Shown here: positions 1-8,900 of the stretch, in pieces
How positions within the stretch are numbered: position 1 is the first letter of the stretch
How the letters are laid out: the number at the start of each line of letters is the position of its first letter
Sequence record: SRR20825010_719
DNA length: 49,777 bases
Direction: 5' to 3' (one strand)
Notes under the pieces: model-generated
Told to the model about the DNA's origin: nothing
Databases searched by the model: none
The model's input: the letters and a program-made list of their open reading frames with translations, nothing else
Translations under genes and position numbers: made by a program

Positions 1-45
1 TCACAGGTTCTGCCTAATGGCAGATAAATCGGAGAACCCGCGACA
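1..45. repeat. REP-like imperfect palindrome, possibly cut by the window edge
   Basis: TCACAGGTTC (1-10) pairs with GAACCCGCGA (34-43) at 8/10 positions; inner hairpin TCTGCC-TAAT-GGCAGA. Confidence 0.45.
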
Positions 46-60
46 GTTGGGTAGCGATTT

Positions 61-705
61 TCAATCTTCTAAATGTGTTACCTCTTTTGTTAATTCAATC
101 CAATCTTTAGCGGTTTCATAAGCCCAAATAGCAGTTCCGTAGTTTGAAATTGAATCAATCCAATCAACGCCCTTTTTCCAATCAGACCGAATGAGATTTT
201 GTTTGACGTATGGAGCAAGTTTGTCTGGAAATTCACCAACCTTTAGCATTCTAGCATTTCTATGAGAAATGTGGTCTCTTAACTGAAATAAGCAACCTAA
301 TTTTTGATAATCTTTAGACATTGATAAATCTAAATTGGAGTTTAAATACTTTAAAAGTTTTTTCATTTGAAGTAATGCAGATCTTTCTGACTTAATTTCT
401 AAAAGTCTTTCATCCTTATTACCAATAAAAGCGGTTTCATGTTCAATGAATTCTGAAATTGTTGATTCGCACGCAGCCGATGAGCATAGAATAGCTGAAA
501 TGCACTCTCCAGTTTCTCCTTGAAAATCACCTGTTTCTCTCGCCTTTTTTGACCTTTCCGATGATTTTTTTGCTTGCGCAATAAGGGTGATATGAAAACC
601 GGAACGTGCAGTTCTAAAGCCTGACTTCTTTATTAAACTAAATATTTTTTGATCGTATGGGTCTTTAGGGTCTAACACTGTTCTATTATTATTAAAGTTG
701 GGCAA
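61..705 (-). CDS. Hypothetical protein with HEPN-like RxxxxH motif (putative RNase)
   Basis: 214-aa ORF, TTG start, helical-looking; motif LFQLRDHISHR; AT-rich relative to the neighbouring aconitase. Confidence 0.6.
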   Translation of the reverse strand: MPNFNNNRTVLDPKDPYDQKIFSLIKKSGFRTARSGFHITLIAQAKKSSERSKKARETGDFQGETGECISAILCSSAACESTISEFIEHETAFIGNKDERLLEIKSERSALLQMKKLLKYLNSNLDLSMSKDYQKLGCLFQLRDHISHRNARMLKVGEFPDKLAPYVKQNLIRSDWKKGVDWIDSISNYGTAIWAYETAKDWIELTKEVTHLED

Positions 706-782
706 ACATGTATTTTTGATCTTGTTGTGAATAGTAAGTACCCAAAAAAAACTCTAACAACCAACAACTTCTGATCTACAAC

Positions 783-814
783 AAAAAAGCCTGACTCTTG
801 CGAATCAGGCTTTT
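783..814 (-). terminator. Rho-independent terminator of aconitase (could act bidirectionally)
   Basis: AAAAAAGCCTGA-ctcttgcgaa-TCAGGCTTTT inverted repeat with a T-tract on the minus strand, about 40 bp after the stop. Confidence 0.85.
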
Positions 815-855
815 AAATATTTCTAAATACTAAGTACTAGCTACTCAATACTCTA

Positions 856-3123
856 TTAAGCTTTCTTATTCTCTTCTTTAATCAAGTTAAGGGCAGAACC
901 AGCTTTGAACCAGCCAATTTGGGCTTCGTTGTAGGTGTGGTTGGCCACAATTACATCTTTAGAACCATCGGCATGTACAAACTCAATGTTCAATGGCTTG
1001 CCAGGAGCGAAGTCAACTAAGTCTAAGAAGTTGATGGTATCATCTTCCTGAACTTTGTCATAATCCGCTTCGTTCGCAAATGTCAAACCTAGCATTCCTT
1101 GCTTCTTCAAGTTGGTTTCGTGAATTCTGGCAAATGATTTCACCAAAACTGTCGTCACTCCTAAGAACCTTGGCTCCATGGCCGCATGCTCACGCGAAGA
1201 ACCTTCGCCATAGTTATGGTCGCCCACAACGATAGAAGGAACGCCAGCTGCTTTGTATTCACGCGCTGTAGCTGGTACAGGACCATACTCACCAGTCAAT
1301 TGGTTTTTAACAGAATTGGTTGATTGAGTATAGGCGTTCACTGCACCAATCAAACAGTTGTCTGAAATATTATCTAAGTGACCTCTAAACCTTAACCATG
1401 GCCCCGCCATAGAAATGTGGTCAGTAGTACACTTTCCAAATGCTTTGATCAAAAGCTTAGCGCCTGTAATGTTCTTTCCGTTCCAAGGAGCGAAAGGAGC
1501 GAGGAGCTGTAAACGCTTAGAATCTACATTCACTTTTACTTCTACACTGCTGCCATTTTCGGCTGGTGCTTGGTAACCATTATCTTCTACCGCAAAACCT
1601 TTGGATGGCAATTCAGAACCTACTGGCGGATCTAATTTTACTTGCTCACCATTTTCGTTGGTTAGGGTGTCAGTTAATGGGTTGAAACCAAGGTTACCCG
1701 AAATTGCGATGGCCGCTACCATTTCTGGAGAGGTTACAAAAGCATGGGTGTTAGGGTTACCGTCTGCTCTTTTAGAGAAGTTACGGTTGAACGAGTGAAC
1801 GATGGTGTTTACTCTTGTATTATTGCCTGATCTTTCCCACTGACCAATACATGGCCCACAAGCATTGGTAAAGATGGTGGCGTTTAGGTTTTCGAAGATC
1901 CCTAAAAGACCATCTCTTTCTGCCGTATAGCGCACTTGTTCCGAACCTGGGTTAATTCCAAATTCAGACTTCGTTTTTAAATTCTTGTCAATGGCTTGTT
2001 GCGCGATGGAAGAAGCCCTTGATAAATCTTCGTAAGAAGAGTTAGTACAAGAACCGATCAGTCCCCACTCTACGTCCATTGGCCAGCCATTTTTCTCAGC
2101 TTCTTCTCTCATTTTAGAAACAGGAGTAGCTCTGTCTGGCGTAAATGGTCCGTTGATATACGGCTCAAGCTCGTCTAAGTTAATTTCAATTACTTGATCG
2201 AAATATTGTTCTGGGTTAGCATAAACTTCATCGTCACCAGTAAGGTGTTCACGAATGCCATTGGCTAGTTCAGCTACATCAGCTCTGCCTGTGGCGCTTA
2301 GGTAACGATCCATTGAATCGTCATAACCAAAAGTAGAAGTCGTAGCACCAATTTCAGCGCCCATGTTACATATGGTTCCTTTACCCGTAGCCGACATTGA
2401 TTTTGCACCAGGGCCGAAATACTCTACAATAGCACCTGTTCCACCTTTTACTGTAAGAATACCAGCTACTTTTAAGATTACATCTTTAGCCGAAGTCCAG
2501 CCATTTAGTTTACCTGTAAGTTTAACGCCAATCAGTTTAGGAAATTTAAGCTCCCAAGGCATGCCTGCCATCACGTCAACAGCGTCAGCACCACCCACAC
2601 CAATGGCTACCATACCTAATCCGCCAGCATTAACTGTATGCGAATCGGTACCAATCATCATCCCACCTGGGAATGCATAGTTTTCTAATACCACTTGGTG
2701 AATAATACCTGCGCCTGGTTTCCAGAAACCAATGCCGTATTTGTTAGAAACTGACTCTAGGAAGTTGAAAACCTCCCCAGAAGCAGTCAATGAATTTCTT
2801 AAATCGTCCTTAGCACCTTCTTTGGCTAGGATTAAGTGGTCACAATGTACCGTTGAAGGGACTGCTGCGGTTGGTTTTCCTGCTTGCATAAACTGAAGCA
2901 AAGCCATTTGAGCCGTAGCATCTTGCATGGCTACGCGGTCTGGTGCGAAGTCAACATAAGACTTACCTCTTTCGAAAGTTGTATTGGCGTCTCCGTCCCA
3001 AAGGTGTGAATAAAGGATTTTTTCTGATAGGGTTAGGGGTTTCCCTACTGCTTTTCTTGCAGCTGCAATACGTGAAGGGAACTTCGCGTAAACAGCTTTG
3101 ATCATGTCTATATCAAATGCCAT
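856..3123 (-). CDS. acnA: Aconitate hydratase (mitochondrial-like type)
   Basis: [25 protein letters not shown], Fe-S ligands IGSCTNSS and [20 protein letters not shown]. Confidence 0.96.
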   Translation of the reverse strand: MAFDIDMIKAVYAKFPSRIAAARKAVGKPLTLSEKILYSHLWDGDANTTFERGKSYVDFAPDRVAMQDATAQMALLQFMQAGKPTAAVPSTVHCDHLILAKEGAKDDLRNSLTASGEVFNFLESVSNKYGIGFWKPGAGIIHQVVLENYAFPGGMMIGTDSHTVNAGGLGMVAIGVGGADAVDVMAGMPWELKFPKLIGVKLTGKLNGWTSAKDVILKVAGILTVKGGTGAIVEYFGPGAKSMSATGKGTICNMGAEIGATTSTFGYDDSMDRYLSATGRADVAELANGIREHLTGDDEVYANPEQYFDQVIEINLDELEPYINGPFTPDRATPVSKMREEAEKNGWPMDVEWGLIGSCTNSSYEDLSRASSIAQQAIDKNLKTKSEFGINPGSEQVRYTAERDGLLGIFENLNATIFTNACGPCIGQWERSGNNTRVNTIVHSFNRNFSKRADGNPNTHAFVTSPEMVAAIAISGNLGFNPLTDTLTNENGEQVKLDPPVGSELPSKGFAVEDNGYQAPAENGSSVEVKVNVDSKRLQLLAPFAPWNGKNITGAKLLIKAFGKCTTDHISMAGPWLRFRGHLDNISDNCLIGAVNAYTQSTNSVKNQLTGEYGPVPATAREYKAAGVPSIVVGDHNYGEGSSREHAAMEPRFLGVTTVLVKSFARIHETNLKKQGMLGLTFANEADYDKVQEDDTINFLDLVDFAPGKPLNIEFVHADGSKDVIVANHTYNEAQIGWFKAGSALNLIKEENKKA

Positions 3124-3176
3124 AATGGAATTTTTGGGTTCTTGGGTGTATAAAATTATAACTCGTCAAGGGACTA

Positions 3177-3184
3177 CAAAGTTA
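3177..3184 (-). promoter_or_regulatory. Putative Bacteroidota -7 promoter element (TAACTTTG) for aconitase
   Basis: Exact TAnnTTTG match 53 bp upstream of the ATG; no well-spaced -33 element seen. Confidence 0.45.
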
Positions 3185-3265
3185 TCATTTTTAACAAATA
3201 ATAAAATCTAGAACTGAGACTAAAAGCCCTTAAAATCGGTATTCTTAAAGATTCTAAATTAATAC

Positions 3266-4615
3266 CTAAAAGACCAACAGCGAAACAATGAAGATAACCA
3301 TTCCTACCAGCATTATTAAGAAGGAATAGGGTAGAATATCCTTCGCTTTGAGTTTTGTAATCCCTAAAAGTGGCAATGCCCAAAAAGGTTGAAGCATATT
3401 GGTCAGTTGGTCGCCATAGGATAAAGCCATTATGGTTTTAGGGACAGAAGCGCCAAGGTTTTGAGCGGCTTCGGTCACAATAGGGCCTTGCACCACCCAT
3501 TGACCACCACCACTCGGAACGAAAATATTAACAATGGCTGCACTGAAAAAGGTGAAAATTGGCAAAGTGGTAGCATTTGAAATTTCCATAAAACCTTGAG
3601 AGAACAATGCGCCAAGTCCTGAATAAGTCATAATCCCCATGATGCCTGCATAAAGCGGAAATTGGATGATGATTCCTGCCGAACCACCAATGGCTTCTTC
3701 AATTGCGGAAAGGAACTTGGCAAAAGAACCATGAAGCAAGACTGCTAATCCGAAAAAGAAGAAGTTAATATAATTAAGGTCGATAAAGGATAGGCCAACT
3801 AAGGCTGGGCTAACTAACAATTTTCTGATGGCAATAAAACAAATGATTCCGCCTAAAGCGATAGCCGCAATTTTAGAGTTATCAATTCTCTCCGCTCCAT
3901 GACCTTTTTCTTCTTGGTGTTGTTTTTCGTTTCTGAATACAACATTGATTTCCGAATCCGTACTTCTTTTCCCTAAAAGATAGAATACTGAAGGAATGAT
4001 AATAAGAAGTAAAATGAAGGTAATAATGTTAGATGTTGAAAGTAACGATTGACCTATCCCGATTTGGCCAATTTCTTGAATAAGGAAGTGATCATTGCTA
4101 GCGACAGCCAAGGGGGCAGAACCCGAAAAACCACCATGAAAACACATCATGCCACTATATCCAGCGGCACCAAGCAGAGGGTAATTCATTTTCCATCCAT
4201 TGGTTTTGGCCCTTTCTGCTACTTTTCTAGCGAAAATAGCACCAAAAACTAAGCAGAGGCCCCAGTTGATCATGCTGACCAGAATTGTTAATAAACTGAT
4301 GGTAAAGGCCGCTTTGGCCGATGTGTTACAATAAGTCGTAAAACGGTCGATGATGTTATTGACAAAAGGAGTAAGTGCTAGCGTATGTCCTAAAATCAGG
4401 ATCAAGGCCATTTGCATGGTGAATTCTAGCAGTTCCCAAAAGCCAATTTCCCAATAACCTAAAATAACAAGGCTATAAGCCGAACCTGCGTTTTCTGGTC
4501 TGTCAGTTAAGGTCAAGGCCAAGAGAAAAGTGATCAAAGTTAAAATGACCGCAATGGAAAAAGGAGAGGGGAGGATTTGGCGGACTATACGGAGGTATGA
4601 GCTGTTTTTGGTCAT
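3266..4615 (-). CDS. atoE: Short-chain fatty acid transporter (AtoE family)
   Basis: Multi-TM protein; GFWELLEFTMQM, HGGFSGSAPL, QFPLYAGIMG, FVPSGGGQW, TNMLQPFWALP. Confidence 0.88.
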   Translation of the reverse strand: MTKNSSYLRIVRQILPSPFSIAVILTLITFLLALTLTDRPENAGSAYSLVILGYWEIGFWELLEFTMQMALILILGHTLALTPFVNNIIDRFTTYCNTSAKAAFTISLLTILVSMINWGLCLVFGAIFARKVAERAKTNGWKMNYPLLGAAGYSGMMCFHGGFSGSAPLAVASNDHFLIQEIGQIGIGQSLLSTSNIITFILLLIIIPSVFYLLGKRSTDSEINVVFRNEKQHQEEKGHGAERIDNSKIAAIALGGIICFIAIRKLLVSPALVGLSFIDLNYINFFFFGLAVLLHGSFAKFLSAIEEAIGGSAGIIIQFPLYAGIMGIMTYSGLGALFSQGFMEISNATTLPIFTFFSAAIVNIFVPSGGGQWVVQGPIVTEAAQNLGASVPKTIMALSYGDQLTNMLQPFWALPLLGITKLKAKDILPYSFLIMLVGMVIFIVSLLVF

Positions 4616-4795
4616 AGCTCAAAGCTAGCAAAATGATGAGTGCTTTACGATTTCAGAATTGAGAATTTTAAGCTATCACCCAATTCATTTAAACATTTTT
4701 TCTTTTAGTGGATTTATCATGAAGTATAGTTCGAATACATATATGCTGAGCACAAAGCTGTGCGTTGGTAGAAAAACACTTTTTGATATACCTCA

Positions 4796-6196
4796 ATGCA
4801 GAAAAGAATTTTAGTAGTTGACGATGATCCTTCTTTCAACAAAATGCTGTCCACTTTTTTAGGTCGGAATGGATTTGTTGTAACCTCCGTTTATACCTCT
4901 AAATCGGCCATAGAAAGTTTGGGCAATGAAATGCCTGATTTGGTACTGACCGATTTCAAATTGCCTGACTTAGATGGACTTGAGTTGATTGAGCTGATCA
5001 AAGCTAAAGTGCCCGAAATGGGGATCATTCTCATGACCAACTATTCAGATATTCGAACGGCTGTTAAATCCATTCAGCTTGGCGCCTTCGAGTTTGTTAC
5101 CAAGCCTGTAAACCCAGATGAATTGCTGCTCACTATTCAGGCCGCTTTAGGTCAGAAGGACAAAAAGGAAATTGTTCCGAAGGCTAATAAGAAGAGGAAA
5201 TCAAATACTTCGGATAAGAAATACATTATTGGTGAATCTGACGGTTCAAAATTGCTTTGGGAGCATATTCAGTTAGTAGCACCGACCCAAATGAGCGTTT
5301 TGCTTTTAGGAGAAAGTGGTACAGGAAAGGAGTATGCCGCCAGAAAGGTCCATGAAAGTAGCAAACGAGCAAAGGAAACCTTTATCGCAGTAGACTGCGG
5401 CTCACTTTCAAAAGAGTTGGCCGCTAGTGAGTTATTTGGCCACGTAAAGGGTGCTTTTACGGGTGCTCTTAAAGACAAAAAAGGACAGTTTGAGTTGGCC
5501 GAAGGTGGGACTTTGTTTTTAGACGAAGTGGGAAATTTGCCCTATGATGTTCAGATGCAGTTGCTTAGGGCTTTGCAAGAACGAAAAATCAAAAGAGTGG
5601 GCAGCGAAACGGATGTTTCTGTGGATGTTCGGTTGATTTCAGCCACGAATGAAAAAATGCAGCAGGCCATTGATGAACAACAGTTTAGGCTAGATCTTTA
5701 CCACAGGTTGAATGAGTTTGAACTTAAGCTCATACCGGTCAGAAATCGTTTGGGCGACTTGAATGAGTACTTGGAGTTCTTTTTAAATCAAGCCAACCAA
5801 GAATTAGAAAAGGAAGTAAAAGGCTTTTCTTTCGAGGTAATGCAGGTTTTTAGACAGTACAGCTGGCCTGGAAATTTAAGAGAATTGAGAAATATAGTCA
5901 GGCGATCGGTTTTACTTTGTCAGGCGGAGAATATTGAATTGGCTCAAATCCCTAAAACATTAATGCACGAGAATTCTTCCCCAGAAATCAATGTTCAGGA
6001 TAAGCCAATGGAGGATAAACCCGAGAGCGGAGGTTTACTGCACAACTTGAAAGCCATACAAGAGGCGCAAGAGAAAGAAACGATAGAAAAAGTATTGCTG
6101 GAAACGAAATACAACAAATCTAAAGCGGCTGAACTGCTAAATATTGATCGTTCAACACTTTATAACAAGATTTCTAAGTATAACATTGAGATTTAA
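4796..6196 (+). CDS. Sigma-54-dependent NtrC-family response regulator
   Basis: Receiver (VVDDD...LTDFKLP), Walker A GESGTGKE, GAFTGA, Walker B LFLDEV, WPGNLREL, C-terminal Fis HTH. Confidence 0.95.
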   Translation: MQKRILVVDDDPSFNKMLSTFLGRNGFVVTSVYTSKSAIESLGNEMPDLVLTDFKLPDLDGLELIELIKAKVPEMGIILMTNYSDIRTAVKSIQLGAFEFVTKPVNPDELLLTIQAALGQKDKKEIVPKANKKRKSNTSDKKYIIGESDGSKLLWEHIQLVAPTQMSVLLLGESGTGKEYAARKVHESSKRAKETFIAVDCGSLSKELAASELFGHVKGAFTGALKDKKGQFELAEGGTLFLDEVGNLPYDVQMQLLRALQERKIKRVGSETDVSVDVRLISATNEKMQQAIDEQQFRLDLYHRLNEFELKLIPVRNRLGDLNEYLEFFLNQANQELEKEVKGFSFEVMQVFRQYSWPGNLRELRNIVRRSVLLCQAENIELAQIPKTLMHENSSPEINVQDKPMEDKPESGGLLHNLKAIQEAQEKETIEKVLLETKYNKSKAAELLNIDRSTLYNKISKYNIEI

Positions 6197-8729
6197 GGAG
6201 CAACAAATCATTGTTAATTTGCACGAGCTTCGGCTGTATCTTATTAGCAGTTTCTAGCATTTTCTCATGTTTACCCAATTGGTGGTACACCTCTATACTC
6301 TTAAGCGTTTCTGAAATGGGAGTGAGGTTAAGGCTGTCATAAGTCTGAACCATTTTGTGGGAGACATTGGCCAGAAGTACTAAGTTTTCTTCTTTCAGAA
6401 ATTCATTAAACTGATTCACATTATCGTTATTGCTTTTAATCAGTTCCCGAATTAAATCGGCCAACAGCTCTTCGTCATCTCCTGAAAACTCTTTTACCCG
6501 CTCAAAGTCAAATTTTAACCCAGAAGCACTTTGTTGATTCTCCTGAGTGTTGAATATGTGACCGAGAAGCTTGTTTAGAAGTTGATCAATGGCCTGATCA
6601 TGATAAGGTTTTGTGAGCACCTCTGAAAAGCCCACCGTTTTAAATTCCTTTAATTGTTTCGGCAAAGAATGCGCGGTAACCGCCACCACAGGCAAATTCT
6701 TATTGATTTTTTTGACTTCTGCCAATATTTCCAAGCCATTGAGCTGAGGCATATTGATGTCGGTGAGAATGAGATCAATGGATCGATGTTCTCGTTTTAT
6801 AAAGTTTAAGGCTTCCGTTCCATTTTCAAAAACGGTCAACCTCATCACTTTAGGTTGAAGGATAGTCTGGAGTAATGTAGCATTCCAATGGTCATCTTCA
6901 ATCACCACCACATGCGCATTTGCAGCACCCAAAGGTACCACATTGATTTCTTCTTCCGCGTTCTGACCTTCATGCTTTTGATAAGGTAATTGTAGTTTAA
7001 GGATGAAAGTAGTCTCTTTTTCGGGTTGACTTTCAACCATAATTTTACCTTTCATTGCCTCTACAAGTTTTTTCACAATGGCCAAGCCCAAACCGGTGCC
7101 GCCATAGTTTTTGGTCACAGAGGCATCTTCCTGTTCAAAAGAATTGAAAATACCTTTGAGCTTTGATGGAGCTATTCCTTTTCCTGTATCCTTTACTTTT
7201 ATGCTAAGGTCATATCTGTCGAGCTTTTTCTGAGAAGATACATGTAGACCTATTTTGCCTTGACTAGTGAATTTGACGGCATTGGACAAAAGGTTAATGA
7301 GAATCTGCTTTAGTCGAAACTCATCACCAATCAGCTCAACCTCTTGTAATGCTGGGTCATATGAAACATCAAACTCTAAACCCTTTCTCTGGCATTGTAA
7401 AGCATATATATCCTCCATTTGACACAGTAGGTCAGGGAGGTAAAAAGGTTTTTTGAGCAGTGTGATTTTCCCTGAATCCAGTTTAGAAAAGTCAAGAATG
7501 TCGTTCACCAAAGTCATCAGGTATTCAGTGCTTTCAGAAAGGGCATTGGAATATTTCCTTTGTTCTGCATTCAATTCAGTATTCTTCATTAGGTCCGAGA
7601 ACCCGAGAATGCTGTTCAGTGGATTTCTTATTTCGTGACTCATGTTGGCTAAAAACTCCTCTTTTACTTTGGTAAGCCGATTGGCCTTGTTCTTCTCCAA
7701 CTCCAATCGTTTGCTTAAATAATAAGAGCTAGTCAAATCTCTCCCAATCGTAATTAAGAAGAAACCACCAAAGCCAATTCCGACAATTCCTATGACTAAA
7801 ACGGCAAAGGTAGAGTCCCGAGAAACTTGATAACTTTCTTTCCTCTTTTTAGACGCGTTCTCTTGCTCATAGGTTTGTAATTGCTGAATGATTTCGTCTA
7901 TCTCAGCGCTCAGTCTCATGTCTTGCCTCAGAAGATTTAGTTCTTTTGATGAAAGATTGTATTGACTTCTGAACTCTTGATTGGCCACCTGCTGGAGAAT
8001 CCCCTTCACCTTAAGCAGCATAGTGTCAGGGTTGTAATCCACTAAAGTGAGTGTGTCAATAATTACTTCCGTTGTTCGCACTGTGTCATTTTGGAATGTT
8101 GTAACGGTATCCACACGAATGTTCTTGGCTCCGAACAAACGTTTTATGCCTTCCCAAAGGCCAGGCTCTTTAAATTCTGTAGCAACTAAGTCTTGTTTGA
8201 TAATGGGTTTGGTTTCTTCAGTAGTTTTTAGTTTGGCCAATACTTTTGCTTCGGTACTGGCGCTATCGGTGGTGGTTTGTTTTATTTGTTCAAGGGCTTC
8301 GCTACTGAAATTCTTATTTTGTCTATTCTTTTTGGCCAGCAAAAAATCACTTAAATAATTGAGTTTCTGAAGAAAAAGTATTTCGAGCGAATCTACTCTC
8401 TGAACCTGTAAGCTGTCTTCCGCCATCCTTTTTTTTAGTTCGTCAATACCCTGCTGCGTTTGTTTGATTTCATTTTGATAAGCTACATAGGCATCATTGT
8501 CATTGGTAAGAATGTAGGACTGGATGTAGTTTTCTGCTTTGGTGATGCCTTGGATAGTTTTCTGGATCAGAGGAGTTTTTTCATCTGGTTGGGAGAGTGA
8601 ATTGATTGAGTTGGTGAGCTTTTGGTAGCTTTGAAAACTATAATACATACCACCACCAATCACCAAAATGATGATGGCAAAGGTTAGCAAGACATTCTTT
8701 CTTAAATAAAAATCAGATGACGATTTCAT
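6174..8729 (-). CDS. Hybrid sensor histidine kinase (2 TM, periplasmic CHASE3-like, HisKA, HATPase, receiver, Hpt-like)
   Basis: H-box FLANMSHEIRNPL, N-box NLLSNAVKFT, DTGKGI, GGTGLGL, receiver IEDD/LTDINMP, C-terminal SHKM helix. Confidence 0.93.
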   Translation of the reverse strand: MKSSSDFYLRKNVLLTFAIIILVIGGGMYYSFQSYQKLTNSINSLSQPDEKTPLIQKTIQGITKAENYIQSYILTNDNDAYVAYQNEIKQTQQGIDELKKRMAEDSLQVQRVDSLEILFLQKLNYLSDFLLAKKNRQNKNFSSEALEQIKQTTTDSASTEAKVLAKLKTTEETKPIIKQDLVATEFKEPGLWEGIKRLFGAKNIRVDTVTTFQNDTVRTTEVIIDTLTLVDYNPDTMLLKVKGILQQVANQEFRSQYNLSSKELNLLRQDMRLSAEIDEIIQQLQTYEQENASKKRKESYQVSRDSTFAVLVIGIVGIGFGGFFLITIGRDLTSSYYLSKRLELEKNKANRLTKVKEEFLANMSHEIRNPLNSILGFSDLMKNTELNAEQRKYSNALSESTEYLMTLVNDILDFSKLDSGKITLLKKPFYLPDLLCQMEDIYALQCQRKGLEFDVSYDPALQEVELIGDEFRLKQILINLLSNAVKFTSQGKIGLHVSSQKKLDRYDLSIKVKDTGKGIAPSKLKGIFNSFEQEDASVTKNYGGTGLGLAIVKKLVEAMKGKIMVESQPEKETTFILKLQLPYQKHEGQNAEEEINVVPLGAANAHVVVIEDDHWNATLLQTILQPKVMRLTVFENGTEALNFIKREHRSIDLILTDINMPQLNGLEILAEVKKINKNLPVVAVTAHSLPKQLKEFKTVGFSEVLTKPYHDQAIDQLLNKLLGHIFNTQENQQSASGLKFDFERVKEFSGDDEELLADLIRELIKSNNDNVNQFNEFLKEENLVLLANVSHKMVQTYDSLNLTPISETLKSIEVYHQLGKHEKMLETANKIQPKLVQINNDLLLLKSQCYT

Positions 8730-8838
8730 ATGCTACTAACCATTTTTAGGCCTAATGTTCTTAATGGCTTGGGAAAAAATAATGGGTTATGGTTTTTGAA
8801 GTAATTGATGAATGCTCTTATGGGAAGAGGATAAATAG

Positions 8839-8873
8839 AAAAAGGCCACTCAGATTTCTGAGTGGCCTTTTTT
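8839..8873. terminator. Rho-independent terminator downstream of the VPS10/BNR gene
   Basis: AAAAAGGCCACTCAGA-tt-TCTGAGTGGCCTTTTTT perfect hairpin flanked by A and T tracts. Confidence 0.9.
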
Positions 8874-8900
8874 AGTGATTAATAATCTATACTTATCCTA

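Noticed and set aside
1601-2680. Plus-strand ORFs inside aconitase, and similar shadow ORFs inside the kinase, VPS10, men, FDH and fhs genes
   Set aside because: Antisense or off-frame to well-supported genes, with no recognisable motifs.
3266-6196. AtoC-like sigma-54 control of the divergent atoE gene
   Set aside because: No GG-N10-GC promoter seen upstream of atoE; a housekeeping-type TAGCTTTG element is present at 4620-4627 instead.
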